From: Limisphaerales bacterium
GTDB taxonomy: Bacteria > Verrucomicrobiota > Verrucomicrobiia > Limisphaerales > UBA11358
Assembly: GCA_052140285.1 (NCBI GenBank)
Contig: JBKQUF010000154.1
Span: 1-57,670, forward strand
Direction of reading: 5' to 3'
DNA length: 57,670 nucleotides
Shown: in pieces, positions 10,496 to 19,746 of the stretch
Position numbering within the stretch: position 1 is the stretch's first letter
Layout of the letters: every line of letters starts with the position of its first letter
The notes under the pieces: generated by a model
Seen by the model: only the letters and a program-made list of their open reading frames with translations
Database searches by the model: none
Told to the model about the DNA's origin: nothing
Position numbers and translations under genes: made by a program

Positions 10496-10740
10496 TGGAT
10501 GTTGGATGTTGGATGTTGGATGTTGGATGTTGGATGTTGGATGTTGGATGTTGGATGTTGGATGTTGGATGTTGAATGTTGGATGTTGAATGTTGAATGT
10601 TGGATGTTGGATGTTGAATGTTGAATGTTGGATGTTGGATGTTGAATGTTGAATGTTGGATGTTGGTTGTTGGATGTTGGTTGTTGGATGTTGGTTGTTG
10701 GATGTTGGTTGTTGAATGTTGGATGTTGAATGTTGAATGT
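10496..10740. repeat. 7-bp tandem repeat, 35 units (TGGATGT / TGAATGT / TGGTTGT)
   Basis: Parsed unit by unit; uninterrupted 7-bp period. Confidence 0.98.
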
Positions 10741-10754
10741 TTCCCTCGTGCCTC

Positions 10755-11573
10755 TCAACTCCCTCCAATTGCCGGCGGCTTTATTCCCAGCGCAAAATGC
10801 CGGCCCACCCGGTAGCTCCCGCGAATCGCCTCCGTCACAAATTTTTTTCCGATCCGCACCGCTTCCGGCAGGCCGTTTCCCCGCGCCAGCGCCGCGCCAA
10901 TCGCCGCCGAATACACACACCCGGTGCCATGCGTCCGGATTCCCCTCACAAACGGCGCGGAAACTGTGAACAGTTTTGAACCGTCAAAAAAACAGTCCCT
11001 CGCCTCCCTCCCCTCCTGATGCCCCCCCTTGACCAAAACCGCGCAACCGAACATCGATTGGATTTTTTTGGCCGCCAATTCCATCTCGTCCGTTCGCGAA
11101 ATTTTCAGCCCGCTCAAAAATTCCGCCTCAAACAAATTCGGCGTCACGAGCGTTGCCAGCGGCAGGAGCTTCTCTTTGAAAATTTTCCGCGCTTTCGGTT
11201 CCATCAGGGCGGTTCCGCTCGTCGAAACCAGGACCGGGTCAACCACCAACGGCACGCGCCGGCGGCCGCGCCTCCCGCCAAAAAATTCCACCACCACCTC
11301 CACGTTCTTCGCCGAAAACAGCATCCCCGTTTTCACCGCCGCCGGCCGAAGCTCTTCAAAAACCGCTTCAATCTGTTGTCGCAACAGTTTCGGGGAACAC
11401 GCCTCAATCCCGATGACCCGCTTCGGATTTTGCGCCGTCAGACAGGCAATCGCGCTGGTTCCATGCACGCCCAGGGCGGCGAAGGTCTTCAAGTCTGCCT
11501 GGATGCCGGCGCCCCCGCCGCTGTCCGACCCCGCGATGGTCAAGGCCACCGGCAGATTTTTTCTTAAACGCAT
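10755..11573 (-). CDS. thiD: Hydroxymethylpyrimidine/phosphomethylpyrimidine kinase
   Basis: ALTIAGSDSGGGAGIQADLKT, TAQN, KTGML, VDPV, TPNLFEA, HGTGC; start set at MRLRKNLP. Confidence 0.95.
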   Translation of the reverse strand: MRLRKNLPVALTIAGSDSGGGAGIQADLKTFAALGVHGTSAIACLTAQNPKRVIGIEACSPKLLRQQIEAVFEELRPAAVKTGMLFSAKNVEVVVEFFGGRRGRRRVPLVVDPVLVSTSGTALMEPKARKIFKEKLLPLATLVTPNLFEAEFLSGLKISRTDEMELAAKKIQSMFGCAVLVKGGHQEGREARDCFFDGSKLFTVSAPFVRGIRTHGTGCVYSAAIGAALARGNGLPEAVRIGKKFVTEAIRGSYRVGRHFALGIKPPAIGGS

Positions 11574-11629
11574 GGGATAATTGTGCGTCCTTCGCGTCAA
11601 CTGTCACGCCTTTCGTAAAAACTGGCGTA

Positions 11630-12742
11630 TTACAACGTCCTCCGGAACAACAACGTCGCAATTCCCATGGTCAGGGCGGTGAAGCAGACGAGAAACAGCA
11701 AATCGCCGCTGATGGCCGTCAGCCCGGTGTTTTTCAGGACCAACTGTTTGAATCCATGCACGGCATAAGTGAACGGGTCCACTACGCAGATCGCCTGCAT
11801 CCAGGCGGGAAAGGATTGGGTGGGATAAACTGCGCCGCTGGGAAAGTAGAGGACAGTATTGAGCACCCCAAAAATCGCCCGCGGCACCAGGGGATCGTTC
11901 ACCCGCACCATGATCAGGAACATCATGCTGATCAGCGCCAGCGCGGTGGCCACCACCAGGATGAACATCCTCACCAAGCGCAACGGATTCAACGGGTCGG
12001 GAATTCCGGCAATGATGGAACCGGCGGTGATCAGTACCGTTCCCGCGACGACGGCCTTGATGGCGCCCGCCAGCGTGAAGCCGAGGATCAATTCAAATTT
12101 GCTGATGGGCGTCACCAGGTAGCCTTCGTGCAGCCCGCGCGCCTTGTCATCAATGAAAATGATTCCGCCGCCAATCATTGCCGAGATGAAAACCGCCAGC
12201 ACGATGACGCCGGGTAATAGAAACTGGATGTACGGCACATAAGGATAAATCTCGACCACATCGAGCGTCGCATCGGCGGTCATGCGCGGCGCCACCGGCG
12301 GCGAGTTGTAGGCGGGCAGCAAACTGCCGAGCACCCCCTCCAGCGCGGACGCGGAAAACTGGTCCGAGTTGTCCTCAATGAGGGCGATCTTGGGATTGGC
12401 GGATGACAGGACATTGCGGGAAAATTCGGGCGGTATATCGAGCACCCCGTTTAATTTTCCAGTCCTCAGGTCACGGAGCGCCTGCGTTCGGTCGTCGTAA
12501 TAAATCGGAGTGAATGTTTTGGCATTCACGGCAACGGCCTGAAACATCTCGTGCAGCTTGATGGCCGGCACACCATGGTCTTCATCCACCACGCCCACCT
12601 CCAGGTTCTTGAGTTTTCCGCCAAAGGCATAGCCCAGCACGACCAGTTGCACCAGGGGCATGACCATGGAAATAAGCATCAGCGCGGGGCTGCGCCGGAA
12701 CCGGCGCAGGTCGCGTTCAATGATGGCCCAAACTCGGTGCAT
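11630..12742 (-). CDS. ABC-2 type exporter permease
   Basis: Start MHRVWAIIERD; N-terminal TM, periplasmic loop, C-terminal TM bundle; LVTPISK, PSGAVYP, DPFTY. Confidence 0.9.
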   Translation of the reverse strand: MHRVWAIIERDLRRFRRSPALMLISMVMPLVQLVVLGYAFGGKLKNLEVGVVDEDHGVPAIKLHEMFQAVAVNAKTFTPIYYDDRTQALRDLRTGKLNGVLDIPPEFSRNVLSSANPKIALIEDNSDQFSASALEGVLGSLLPAYNSPPVAPRMTADATLDVVEIYPYVPYIQFLLPGVIVLAVFISAMIGGGIIFIDDKARGLHEGYLVTPISKFELILGFTLAGAIKAVVAGTVLITAGSIIAGIPDPLNPLRLVRMFILVVATALALISMMFLIMVRVNDPLVPRAIFGVLNTVLYFPSGAVYPTQSFPAWMQAICVVDPFTYAVHGFKQLVLKNTGLTAISGDLLFLVCFTALTMGIATLLFRRTL

Positions 12743-12743
12743 A

Positions 12744-13733
12744 TCAACGTGCCATGATAAAAGGACTTTCTGCCGCGGACGGCGCCTGCAACGCATCGCG
12801 CAACTCATGCCCCGTGTAATGCGCGAACACATCATCCAGGGTCGTGCTCTGGACGGAAAGGGAGGTCACGGCCACGTTGGCGGCTCGCGCTTTCTCAAGC
12901 AAATCAACCGTCGTTCGCGGCCCGTTGTTGCTCCAAATGCGGAAAACGTGGTCTTCGCTCTTCACCTCGGCCGCTTCCGGCAGCGCGCGCAACACCTCCG
13001 CCCAATTGGCCGGGACCGTCGAAAAACTGACTTCGATGATGTTCTTGCCCGGAATGGAAGCCTTCAATTTCAACGGCGAATCCAGCGCCGCCAGCTTCCC
13101 GTGGTCAATGATCGCAATCCGGTCGCACAACTTGTCCGCCTCATCCATGTAATGCGTCGTGACAATGATGGTCAAGTCGCGCTCGCGCTTGAGCCGCGCC
13201 AGCATCTCCCAGACGGCCACACGCGAGACCGGGTCCAGGCCGGTGGTCGGCTCATCCAGAAAAAAGATTTTCGGTTCGTGAACCAGCCCGCGCGCGATCT
13301 CCATCCGGCGCCGCATGCCGCCGGAGAACATTTTCACCGGCTTGTCCGCCCATTGCGTCAAATCAACTTCTTCCAATAATTGCGGAATCGTTCGCTTTCG
13401 TTTCTCGCGCGGGATTCCATACAGCTTGGCGAAAATCGTCAGATTCTCCTGCGCGCTCAGTTCCAGGTCGCTCGTCATCGCCTGCGGAATGACCCCAATC
13501 GATTGCCGCACGTCATTGGCCTGGCGAACGATGTCGAACTGGTTTACCCGCGCCACGCCGGAAGTGGGCGGCACCAGCGTCGTCAGCATCCGGATCAAGG
13601 TCGATTTTCCCGCGCCATTCGGCCCGAGCAGCCCGAAATTTTCTCCGTGTTCCACGGAAAAGCTCAAATTGTCCACGGCCACAAAGTCGCCGAAACGCTT
13701 GGTCAGGTTCTCCACTTCCACGTCGAATTTCAT
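12744..13733 (-). CDS. ABC exporter ATP-binding subunit (DrrA-like)
   Basis: GPNGAGKST, FSGGM, FFLDEPTTGLD, TTHYM; ATGA overlap with the upstream gene. Confidence 0.95.
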   Translation of the reverse strand: MKFDVEVENLTKRFGDFVAVDNLSFSVEHGENFGLLGPNGAGKSTLIRMLTTLVPPTSGVARVNQFDIVRQANDVRQSIGVIPQAMTSDLELSAQENLTIFAKLYGIPREKRKRTIPQLLEEVDLTQWADKPVKMFSGGMRRRMEIARGLVHEPKIFFLDEPTTGLDPVSRVAVWEMLARLKRERDLTIIVTTHYMDEADKLCDRIAIIDHGKLAALDSPLKLKASIPGKNIIEVSFSTVPANWAEVLRALPEAAEVKSEDHVFRIWSNNGPRTTVDLLEKARAANVAVTSLSVQSTTLDDVFAHYTGHELRDALQAPSAAESPFIMAR

Positions 13734-14584
13734 TTGAGCGGGAGGTCCACATAGGCCGTCATGCCCACGGCCAGGGCGCGGTCCGTATTGTCGCAACGGA
13801 GCCGGATTTCAAAGGTTTTGATGTCCCGTTTCGTGCGGCTCACGTCCCGCTGCGTGGCATAGTCGGCATCCACGCCGCGATAAAACACCACCCCTTCGCG
13901 CGTGGCCCCGGAGGGCAGGCGCACCTGCAGTTTGTCGCCCAGACGGATCCGTTCAATGTACGTTTCTTCCACGTCCGCGCGCACCCAGAGGTCGTCCGGA
14001 TTAATGAGGGTCACAATCGCCTGGTCGGGATTTACCATTTCCCCCTGCAAAGCGACCCGCGTATCCACGATGCCGTTGGTCGGCGCATGGATTTCGGTGT
14101 AGTCGAGGTAAATCTGGGCTTTTTGTTTTTGGGCGGCGGCGGCCTCGATTTGCCGTTTCACCGAATCCACCCTGGCTTTCGCCGCATCATACGTCGTCCG
14201 CGCCGCATCGTAACTTTGGGCGGATTCCACGTTGTTGCTGTACAGCCCCCCAATGCGCCCAAAATTAAGCCGCGCATTTTCCAGGTCGGCGGTCGCCTGC
14301 GCCAGGTCGGCGGTCGTTTGCTGCTCGCTCCGCGTGTAAAATTCCGCGTCCGCCTGCCATTCGGCGGGCTGAATGCGGGCCAGCAATTGGTTGTTGGTCA
14401 CCACATCGCCAACATCGACATACAAGTTTTGGATGCGCCCCTGGATTTGCGGCGCCACGATTACCGCATCGGTGGTCACGGTCCCGGTCAGGGGTATTTC
14501 CGCCGGCGGACGCATGAAGGCGTAATAAACACCGCCGGCGGCGGCCGCCAGCAGCAAAAGGATCAAAATGATTCTGGTCTTCAT
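13730..14584 (-). CDS. HlyD-family periplasmic adaptor (membrane fusion protein)
   Basis: N-terminal anchor, split lipoyl domain (VAPQIQGRI...IHAPTNGIV), coiled coil. Confidence 0.9.
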   Translation of the reverse strand: MKTRIILILLLLAAAAGGVYYAFMRPPAEIPLTGTVTTDAVIVAPQIQGRIQNLYVDVGDVVTNNQLLARIQPAEWQADAEFYTRSEQQTTADLAQATADLENARLNFGRIGGLYSNNVESAQSYDAARTTYDAAKARVDSVKRQIEAAAAQKQKAQIYLDYTEIHAPTNGIVDTRVALQGEMVNPDQAIVTLINPDDLWVRADVEETYIERIRLGDKLQVRLPSGATREGVVFYRGVDADYATQRDVSRTKRDIKTFEIRLRCDNTDRALAVGMTAYVDLPLK

Positions 14585-14634
14585 CAGATGATTTATCCAA
14601 TCCGGCAAAACTAGACAAAATTTTTATTGACGTG

Positions 14635-14663
14635 TCAAACAATTGTTTTAATTATTTGTTTGA
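14635..14663. promoter_or_regulatory. Probable operator of the TetR-family regulator
   Basis: TCAAACAA-N13-TTGTTTGA inverted repeat with overlapping AAACAATTGTTT palindrome; TTGACG at 14627-14632; ends 2 bp before the regulator ATG. Confidence 0.65.
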
Positions 14664-14664
14664 A

Positions 14665-15324
14665 ATGAAACCGCTGACTCCCGCGTCCCGCGATGAAACC
14701 CGCCGCCAATTGTTGGAAGCGGCCGGCGCCGTGTTTGCCGACCTCGGCTTCCGCGAGGCCACCATCCGGGAAATCTGCCGCCGCGCGGACGCCAACGTCG
14801 CCGCCGTCAACTATCATTTCGGCGACAAGGCCACCCTTTATCTCGAAGTGTTGCGTTACGCCCACAGCATGGCGCTGGAAAAATATCCGCCCTTGCTCGG
14901 CCTGCCCGAAAGCGCCCCGCCGGAAAAAAAACTGCGCGCCTTCATCCACTCCTTCCTCCTGCGGATTTTTAACAAGGGGCCGACGTCCTGGCATGGTCGA
15001 TTGATTTCACGCGAAATGATCGAGCCGACCGGCGCGCTCGATTCCCTCGTCGAGGAGCGGATCCGTCCCATGTCCCGTCTGCTCGGGAAGATCGTCGCCG
15101 AAATCCTCAATTGCCCCATCGATGACGAGCGGGTCTGGTTCTGTGGTTTCAGTGTGGTAAGCCAGTGCGTTTTTTTTCATCATTGCCGCCCGGTGGTTTC
15201 CCGGCTTTTTCCAGGGCAACTCCCCCAGAACCCCGCCAGCATTGAAAAACTCGCGGACCACATCACCACATTTTCGCTCACGGCCATGAAATCCCTGCGA
15301 AAAAAGCCCGTTGCCCGGCGATAA
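14665..15324 (+). CDS. TetR-family regulator, CecR/YbiH-like
   Basis: HTH ATIREICRRADANVAAVNYHFGDKATLY; C-terminal REMIEPTGALD, SVVSQC. Confidence 0.9.
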   Translation: MKPLTPASRDETRRQLLEAAGAVFADLGFREATIREICRRADANVAAVNYHFGDKATLYLEVLRYAHSMALEKYPPLLGLPESAPPEKKLRAFIHSFLLRIFNKGPTSWHGRLISREMIEPTGALDSLVEERIRPMSRLLGKIVAEILNCPIDDERVWFCGFSVVSQCVFFHHCRPVVSRLFPGQLPQNPASIEKLADHITTFSLTAMKSLRKKPVARR

Positions 15325-15343
15325 CATTTTTTAAATGCCACCC

Positions 15344-16732
15344 ATGAAAACCATTTTGTCATTCGCAGCCTCTTGCCTCGTCGCCTGGAGCCTCTCCGCG
15401 CAAAACGCGGACACCAATACGCCCGCGACCAACCCGCCTTCCACCGCTTCCGCCGCCACCAACGCGCCGGACTGGATTTCGCAGCCATTATCGCTCGTCA
15501 ACGCCTTAAACCTCGCCCTCCAGCAAAACGCCGCCATTCTCGAAGCCCGAAACGACTTGGAAGCCTCCCATGGCATCGTCGTTCAAACCCGCGCGGTGGC
15601 GTTGCCCCAATTGACTGCCGGCGGCCAATACAAGGACACCGACCCCGACGCGGTTGAAAGTTTTTTCGGTTTCAGCCAGCCGCATGAAAACTGGAATGCC
15701 AACATCCAAATCGTCCAGTCCATTTATGAAGGCGGAAAATTGACCGCGGCGTTCCAGGCGGCGGACGCCACCAAACGCCAGGCCGTCGCCCAGTTTGAAA
15801 CCGTCGTCGCCGACGCCCTTCTCAACACCCGGGTCGCCTACTACGATGTCTTGCTTGCCACGCAGCAAATCACCGTTCACGAAGCGTCGGTGAACCTCTT
15901 GCAGAGTGAATTAACCGACCAGCAGAACCGGTACAACGCCGGGACCGTCCCGCATTTCAACGTCCTTCAGGCGGATGTGGCCGTGGCCAACGAACGCCCC
16001 AACCTGATCCAGGCGCGCAATAATTATCGCGTCGCCAAAAACAATCTCTCCAACCTCTTGGGCTATAATCTGCCCCGCGACATTTGGGAGGACATCCCGA
16101 TACAGTTATCCGACTCCCTCGACGACGCGGCGTTTGATGTCAATCTGCCCAATGCCATCCAGCAGGCGCTTTCCAACCGCACGGAATTGGCGGCGCTCCG
16201 GGAGAGCGAGCGGCTGAACAAGCTGAACATCGTGAATGCCTCCTCCGGGTACAAGCCCACCCTGCAATTGTTTGCGGGATACGGGTGGTTCAACGCGCAG
16301 TTCACGCCGCCCGTTACCCTCACCCACGACATCAACGGTTGGAACGCCGGCGCCCAGGTGCAGTGGGACCTTTTCGACGGCCTGTTGACCCGTGGAAAAG
16401 TCGTCCAGGCCAGAGCACTTTACCAGAAATCCCAAACCACCCTCGCCGATGAGTCCCGGCAGATTGAATTGGAAGTCCGCACCGACTATTCCGATTTTAT
16501 GGATGCCAAAGAGATTTTGGATTCGCAACGGACCGTTCAAGCCGAGGCCGAGGAAGCCCTGCGCGAAGCCCGCGCCCGTTCCGAAGCCGGCACCGGCACG
16601 CAATTGGACGTGCTCAACGCCGAAACCGCCCTCACCCAGGCCCGCACCACCGACATCCAGGCACTGCACGATTACGACGTCGCCCGCGCCCGGCTCGAGC
16701 GCGCCATCGGCGAAAACATGACCGCGCAATAA
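15344..16732 (+). CDS. TolC-family outer membrane efflux protein
   Basis: Signal peptide; two OEP repeats (LSLVNALNLALQQN; GTGTQLDVLNAE); alternative start 15335. Confidence 0.9.
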   Translation: MKTILSFAASCLVAWSLSAQNADTNTPATNPPSTASAATNAPDWISQPLSLVNALNLALQQNAAILEARNDLEASHGIVVQTRAVALPQLTAGGQYKDTDPDAVESFFGFSQPHENWNANIQIVQSIYEGGKLTAAFQAADATKRQAVAQFETVVADALLNTRVAYYDVLLATQQITVHEASVNLLQSELTDQQNRYNAGTVPHFNVLQADVAVANERPNLIQARNNYRVAKNNLSNLLGYNLPRDIWEDIPIQLSDSLDDAAFDVNLPNAIQQALSNRTELAALRESERLNKLNIVNASSGYKPTLQLFAGYGWFNAQFTPPVTLTHDINGWNAGAQVQWDLFDGLLTRGKVVQARALYQKSQTTLADESRQIELEVRTDYSDFMDAKEILDSQRTVQAEAEEALREARARSEAGTGTQLDVLNAETALTQARTTDIQALHDYDVARARLERAIGENMTAQ

Positions 16733-16740
16733 CCCATCGT

Positions 16741-17024
16741 TTGGTGTCCACGCTTTAGCGTGCGAACAGGAAAATTATTTCGTAGGAACCGAGGTCACGA
16801 GGCTCTAACTCTCTTTGGTCCCTTCCGTCCCTTGTGGTTCATGGTGAGAATTCCCCGAAAAATTCGCGCCTTGCCCCCTGAACCTGCCGCATCCTGCCAG
16901 GCTATTAAACGACCGATGGCATCCGCCTGCTATTCCCTCTCCGCTCCCATCGGATGGGAGGGGAGAGGGCCAGGGTGAGGTGAGGGTCCCCAGTTGCCGT
17001 AGCGGCGTCTCGGCAGAGCGCCGC
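16741..17024 (+). repeat. Cluster of dissimilar single-copy REP-like hairpins
   Basis: CACGC-TTTA-GCGTG (16749-16762); GTAGGAACCGAGGTCACGAGGCTC (16782-16805); CCCTCTCC-G-CTCCCAT-CGG-ATGGGAG-G-GGAGAGGG (16935-16969); GTAGCGGCGTCTCGGCAGAGCGCCGC (16999-17024). Confidence 0.7.
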
Positions 17025-17042
17025 CATTATTTTCCCCCTTCT

Positions 17043-17831
17043 TCATTTCTCTAACTTCCTTTCACCGCCCAACCGGATGCGAACCAGCAAATCATTCAAC
17101 GCCGCCCGCGTTTCGTCCCCCGGCAATTCCGGCAACTGGCTCGCCTCATGTGCCGCCTGCAATTCACCGCGCAATCTCTGATATTCCCTTTCATGAAAGA
17201 CGGCGTCGGCTTCCTCCAACTTCGACTTCTCCGGCCCGGCCAGCTTTCGAGCCACCAGATCGGCAATGTAGGGCAACCGGAATTCCTCGTTCAACTTCAC
17301 CAAATTCGCTTCGACCTCGCCCGTCCGCATCAAATGGATGCCCGTGAGCAGCACGCGATACACATACAGCAACGGCTTCACCCGGCGCGGCGATTCCTTC
17401 AAAAATAATTTCCATTGCGTCTCCGCAAACCCAAAATAGTGGTGCGAATGATATTTGGTGATGCATCCGCGCGCGATGGCCTTCAATTCCGCGTATTCCG
17501 CCGTGGTCTGGACCACGAGCGGCGAGAAAAGCTGTTCCAGCACGTAACCGTTCTTCTTGAGCAACAAACCGAAAAATTTCTTCACATCATGGCTCACGAT
17601 ATCCATGTCGAGGCCGTCAATCACACGACTGTCTTGGATCGTTTCATCGCAGACGTCCAGGCCCACAATCTTTTCGAGCGGCAACACATGCGCGCCACGC
17701 ACGTCAAAATCCGAGTCCGGCGATGGAAAGCCGTAAAGATGCGCGCCACTGATGGTGGCGAACAATAGGGGATACGGCTGCGCCGTGACAATACGTTGGA
17801 GGCGTGGGTCAATGGTCGTTTTGGAGTTCAT
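17043..17831 (-). CDS. Pol-beta superfamily nucleotidyltransferase, RlaP/YcgL (Nuc-transf) type
   Basis: ISGAHLYGFPSPDSDFDVRG, HDVKKF, KNGYVLE, KPLLYVYRVL. Confidence 0.85.
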   Translation of the reverse strand: MNSKTTIDPRLQRIVTAQPYPLLFATISGAHLYGFPSPDSDFDVRGAHVLPLEKIVGLDVCDETIQDSRVIDGLDMDIVSHDVKKFFGLLLKKNGYVLEQLFSPLVVQTTAEYAELKAIARGCITKYHSHHYFGFAETQWKLFLKESPRRVKPLLYVYRVLLTGIHLMRTGEVEANLVKLNEEFRLPYIADLVARKLAGPEKSKLEEADAVFHEREYQRLRGELQAAHEASQLPELPGDETRAALNDLLVRIRLGGERKLEK

Positions 17832-17902
17832 GCTGTGCCTGCTGAATCACACAAGCCGTAAGTAATTGGGTGACTTGTTTCAAGAATGGATAATTTAAAG
17901 TT

Positions 17903-18742
17903 TCAGGCGTGTCGGTGTGACGATGATAATTGTCGTTCCGGAATTCCGAGGTGGATCACCTCACCCTTGTGCAGCAGGTAAAGACAGCAATTGCGGAGAA
18001 AGTGTGAAATCTCCCCGAGATCATATTTTTTGGCTGGGAAACAGGCCTCCAGGTCCGGACGATCCAATTGTCCCATGCCCACGGTGTCCATGATCATCCA
18101 GCCATTATTGGGATTCAGCACCCGAATATTAGTCCACATGTCGAACGGAGGAAGTTTTTGCTGTTCGTGATATTCCAGCGATTTTTGCAGCAACATCTCA
18201 TTGGCCAAAATTTCACCGTTCGGATTGAAGTAAGCCAGCGCATCAGGATGCTTGAGAAGCGCGCGGGCAATGCGTGTCACGAACTGGATTTCCGGTAGAG
18301 CATCATCGTCGGCTGGCATAATCGGAACACCCTTGCCGCCGCCAAAAACGTAGCTCGTGCGGATTTGAATCGCAGCCACGTGACGGTCGGCGACGGCTTT
18401 GCCTTCTGGCCACGCCCAAAGTTGTTCTTGCGCGCGGCGAAGACTGCCGGGGAATGTGAAGGGTCCGTAATGTCCCATTGTCCATGCCGCAAAAAGCATC
18501 GCATCGGTCTTGGGGTCACCCATGTGATCGGGCCACTTCACATTGCGCACATCCACATTCGCGTAGCCGTTGACTTCCGGACGGAAAGAAAGAATTAGTG
18601 CAGGTCCACCCAAATTGGGATCTGTGACTTGATCGACGCGTTTTGCCATAGTGAATTCCGAAAGTAGCGGGATTATCGCGGCCAGCGAAGTTGTGTTGGA
18701 GAGCAGAACACACGCACTTTGAGTGAAGAATCCCTTGGGCAT
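17903..18742 (-). CDS. DUF4261-like protein, probably C-terminally truncated
   Basis: MDTVGMGQLDRPDLEACF...FLRNCCLYLL..GEVI, then a short unrelated-looking tail; appears lower GC than flanks. Confidence 0.55.
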   Translation of the reverse strand: MPKGFFTQSACVLLSNTTSLAAIIPLLSEFTMAKRVDQVTDPNLGGPALILSFRPEVNGYANVDVRNVKWPDHMGDPKTDAMLFAAWTMGHYGPFTFPGSLRRAQEQLWAWPEGKAVADRHVAAIQIRTSYVFGGGKGVPIMPADDDALPEIQFVTRIARALLKHPDALAYFNPNGEILANEMLLQKSLEYHEQQKLPPFDMWTNIRVLNPNNGWMIMDTVGMGQLDRPDLEACFPAKKYDLGEISHFLRNCCLYLLHKGEVIHLGIPERQLSSSHRHA

Positions 18743-18753
18743 AGAATTTCAGG

Positions 18754-19668
18754 TTATGTCATTTCCCGACGCGCCTTCACGAGGAATCGATTCGCCGCCT
18801 CATAATCCGGGCGTTCCGGCAATTTGGTTTCCGCCAGAGCGCGCTCAAAATCCTGGTGCAGTTCCTTCCGCCAGGCATCCACTTCGCCCCACGGTATTTC
18901 ACCACGTTTGACCGCGAGTAATCGTTCACGGTGTGCCTCCACTTGTACAGGCACACGCCCCTCGCGCAACGTGGCTGCCCCCGTGAGCAGCAGACGCAGC
19001 AGGTGCATCGAGTGTTTGCAGCGCACCTCGCCTCGATTCCGCAGATCTTGCTCCATCTTCTTGAACTGGCTCATGGCATAGCCGTTGAACGTCTGGAAAA
19101 TCATCTGCGACAAAAAGCCCTGGCGCAGGGCCAGAAGTTCCTCACCCAAGGGCGTGATCTTTTCCACCACCGGCGAGTAAAGGCATTCCAGGATATTCGG
19201 GTTTGCTTTCAGGGCCATGATGAGAAACTTCTGCAATTCCCAGTAACAGCTTTGGGTGGCGTTGTCCTCGAATTGTTCCGGCGCGCCGAACAGCGACCAT
19301 TGCAATTCGGCCGGCGCAAGATAAACCCCGCGCCGATCGGTGTCGGATTCGTCGTTATCCAGCCCGTATGCGCGTGAACCAACGACGCACCGATAAATAA
19401 CCAGCGACTCCAGATCAAAGGCGGCGTCCGGCTTCCCATTCGGCAGCCGGTCCTTGAAATGTTTCAGCGCCTCAAGTTGGACCCGGGTGAGGGACGTTTC
19501 AAACCCATCGGGAAACCGGACCAGAAATTGATGCTGATCACCGGTTGGCGTCCGGGTGACAACGCCCACGGCACCGCGCGGATGAACGAGTGAATTATTT
19601 GTCCCGCGGACTTCAACAAGCGACACGACCTGCGTGCCGGCAAATATGTTCTCCGGCTGGTGCGACAT
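18754..19668 (-). CDS. RlaP-type nucleotidyltransferase with extra N-terminal beta-rich domain
   Basis: VVGSRAYGLDNDESDTDRRG, WELQKF, KANPNILE, KHSMHLLRLL, LPERPDY. Confidence 0.85.
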   Translation of the reverse strand: MSHQPENIFAGTQVVSLVEVRGTNNSLVHPRGAVGVVTRTPTGDQHQFLVRFPDGFETSLTRVQLEALKHFKDRLPNGKPDAAFDLESLVIYRCVVGSRAYGLDNDESDTDRRGVYLAPAELQWSLFGAPEQFEDNATQSCYWELQKFLIMALKANPNILECLYSPVVEKITPLGEELLALRQGFLSQMIFQTFNGYAMSQFKKMEQDLRNRGEVRCKHSMHLLRLLLTGAATLREGRVPVQVEAHRERLLAVKRGEIPWGEVDAWRKELHQDFERALAETKLPERPDYEAANRFLVKARREMT

Positions 19669-19746
19669 TGCGGGTCGCAGGTTAAACGAATTCTGATTCC
19701 CAATCGAGATTTAACTCCGCCCCAAATCGGTGTTTTCCGCCTTCAT

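Noticed and set aside
10496-10740. Possible CRISPR array
   Set aside because: No unique spacers, the period is 7 bp, and there are no cas genes.
10235-10920. ORFs with MLDVGCW / NIQHPTS repeats
   Set aside because: Artefacts of translating a stop-poor 7-bp tandem repeat in several frames.
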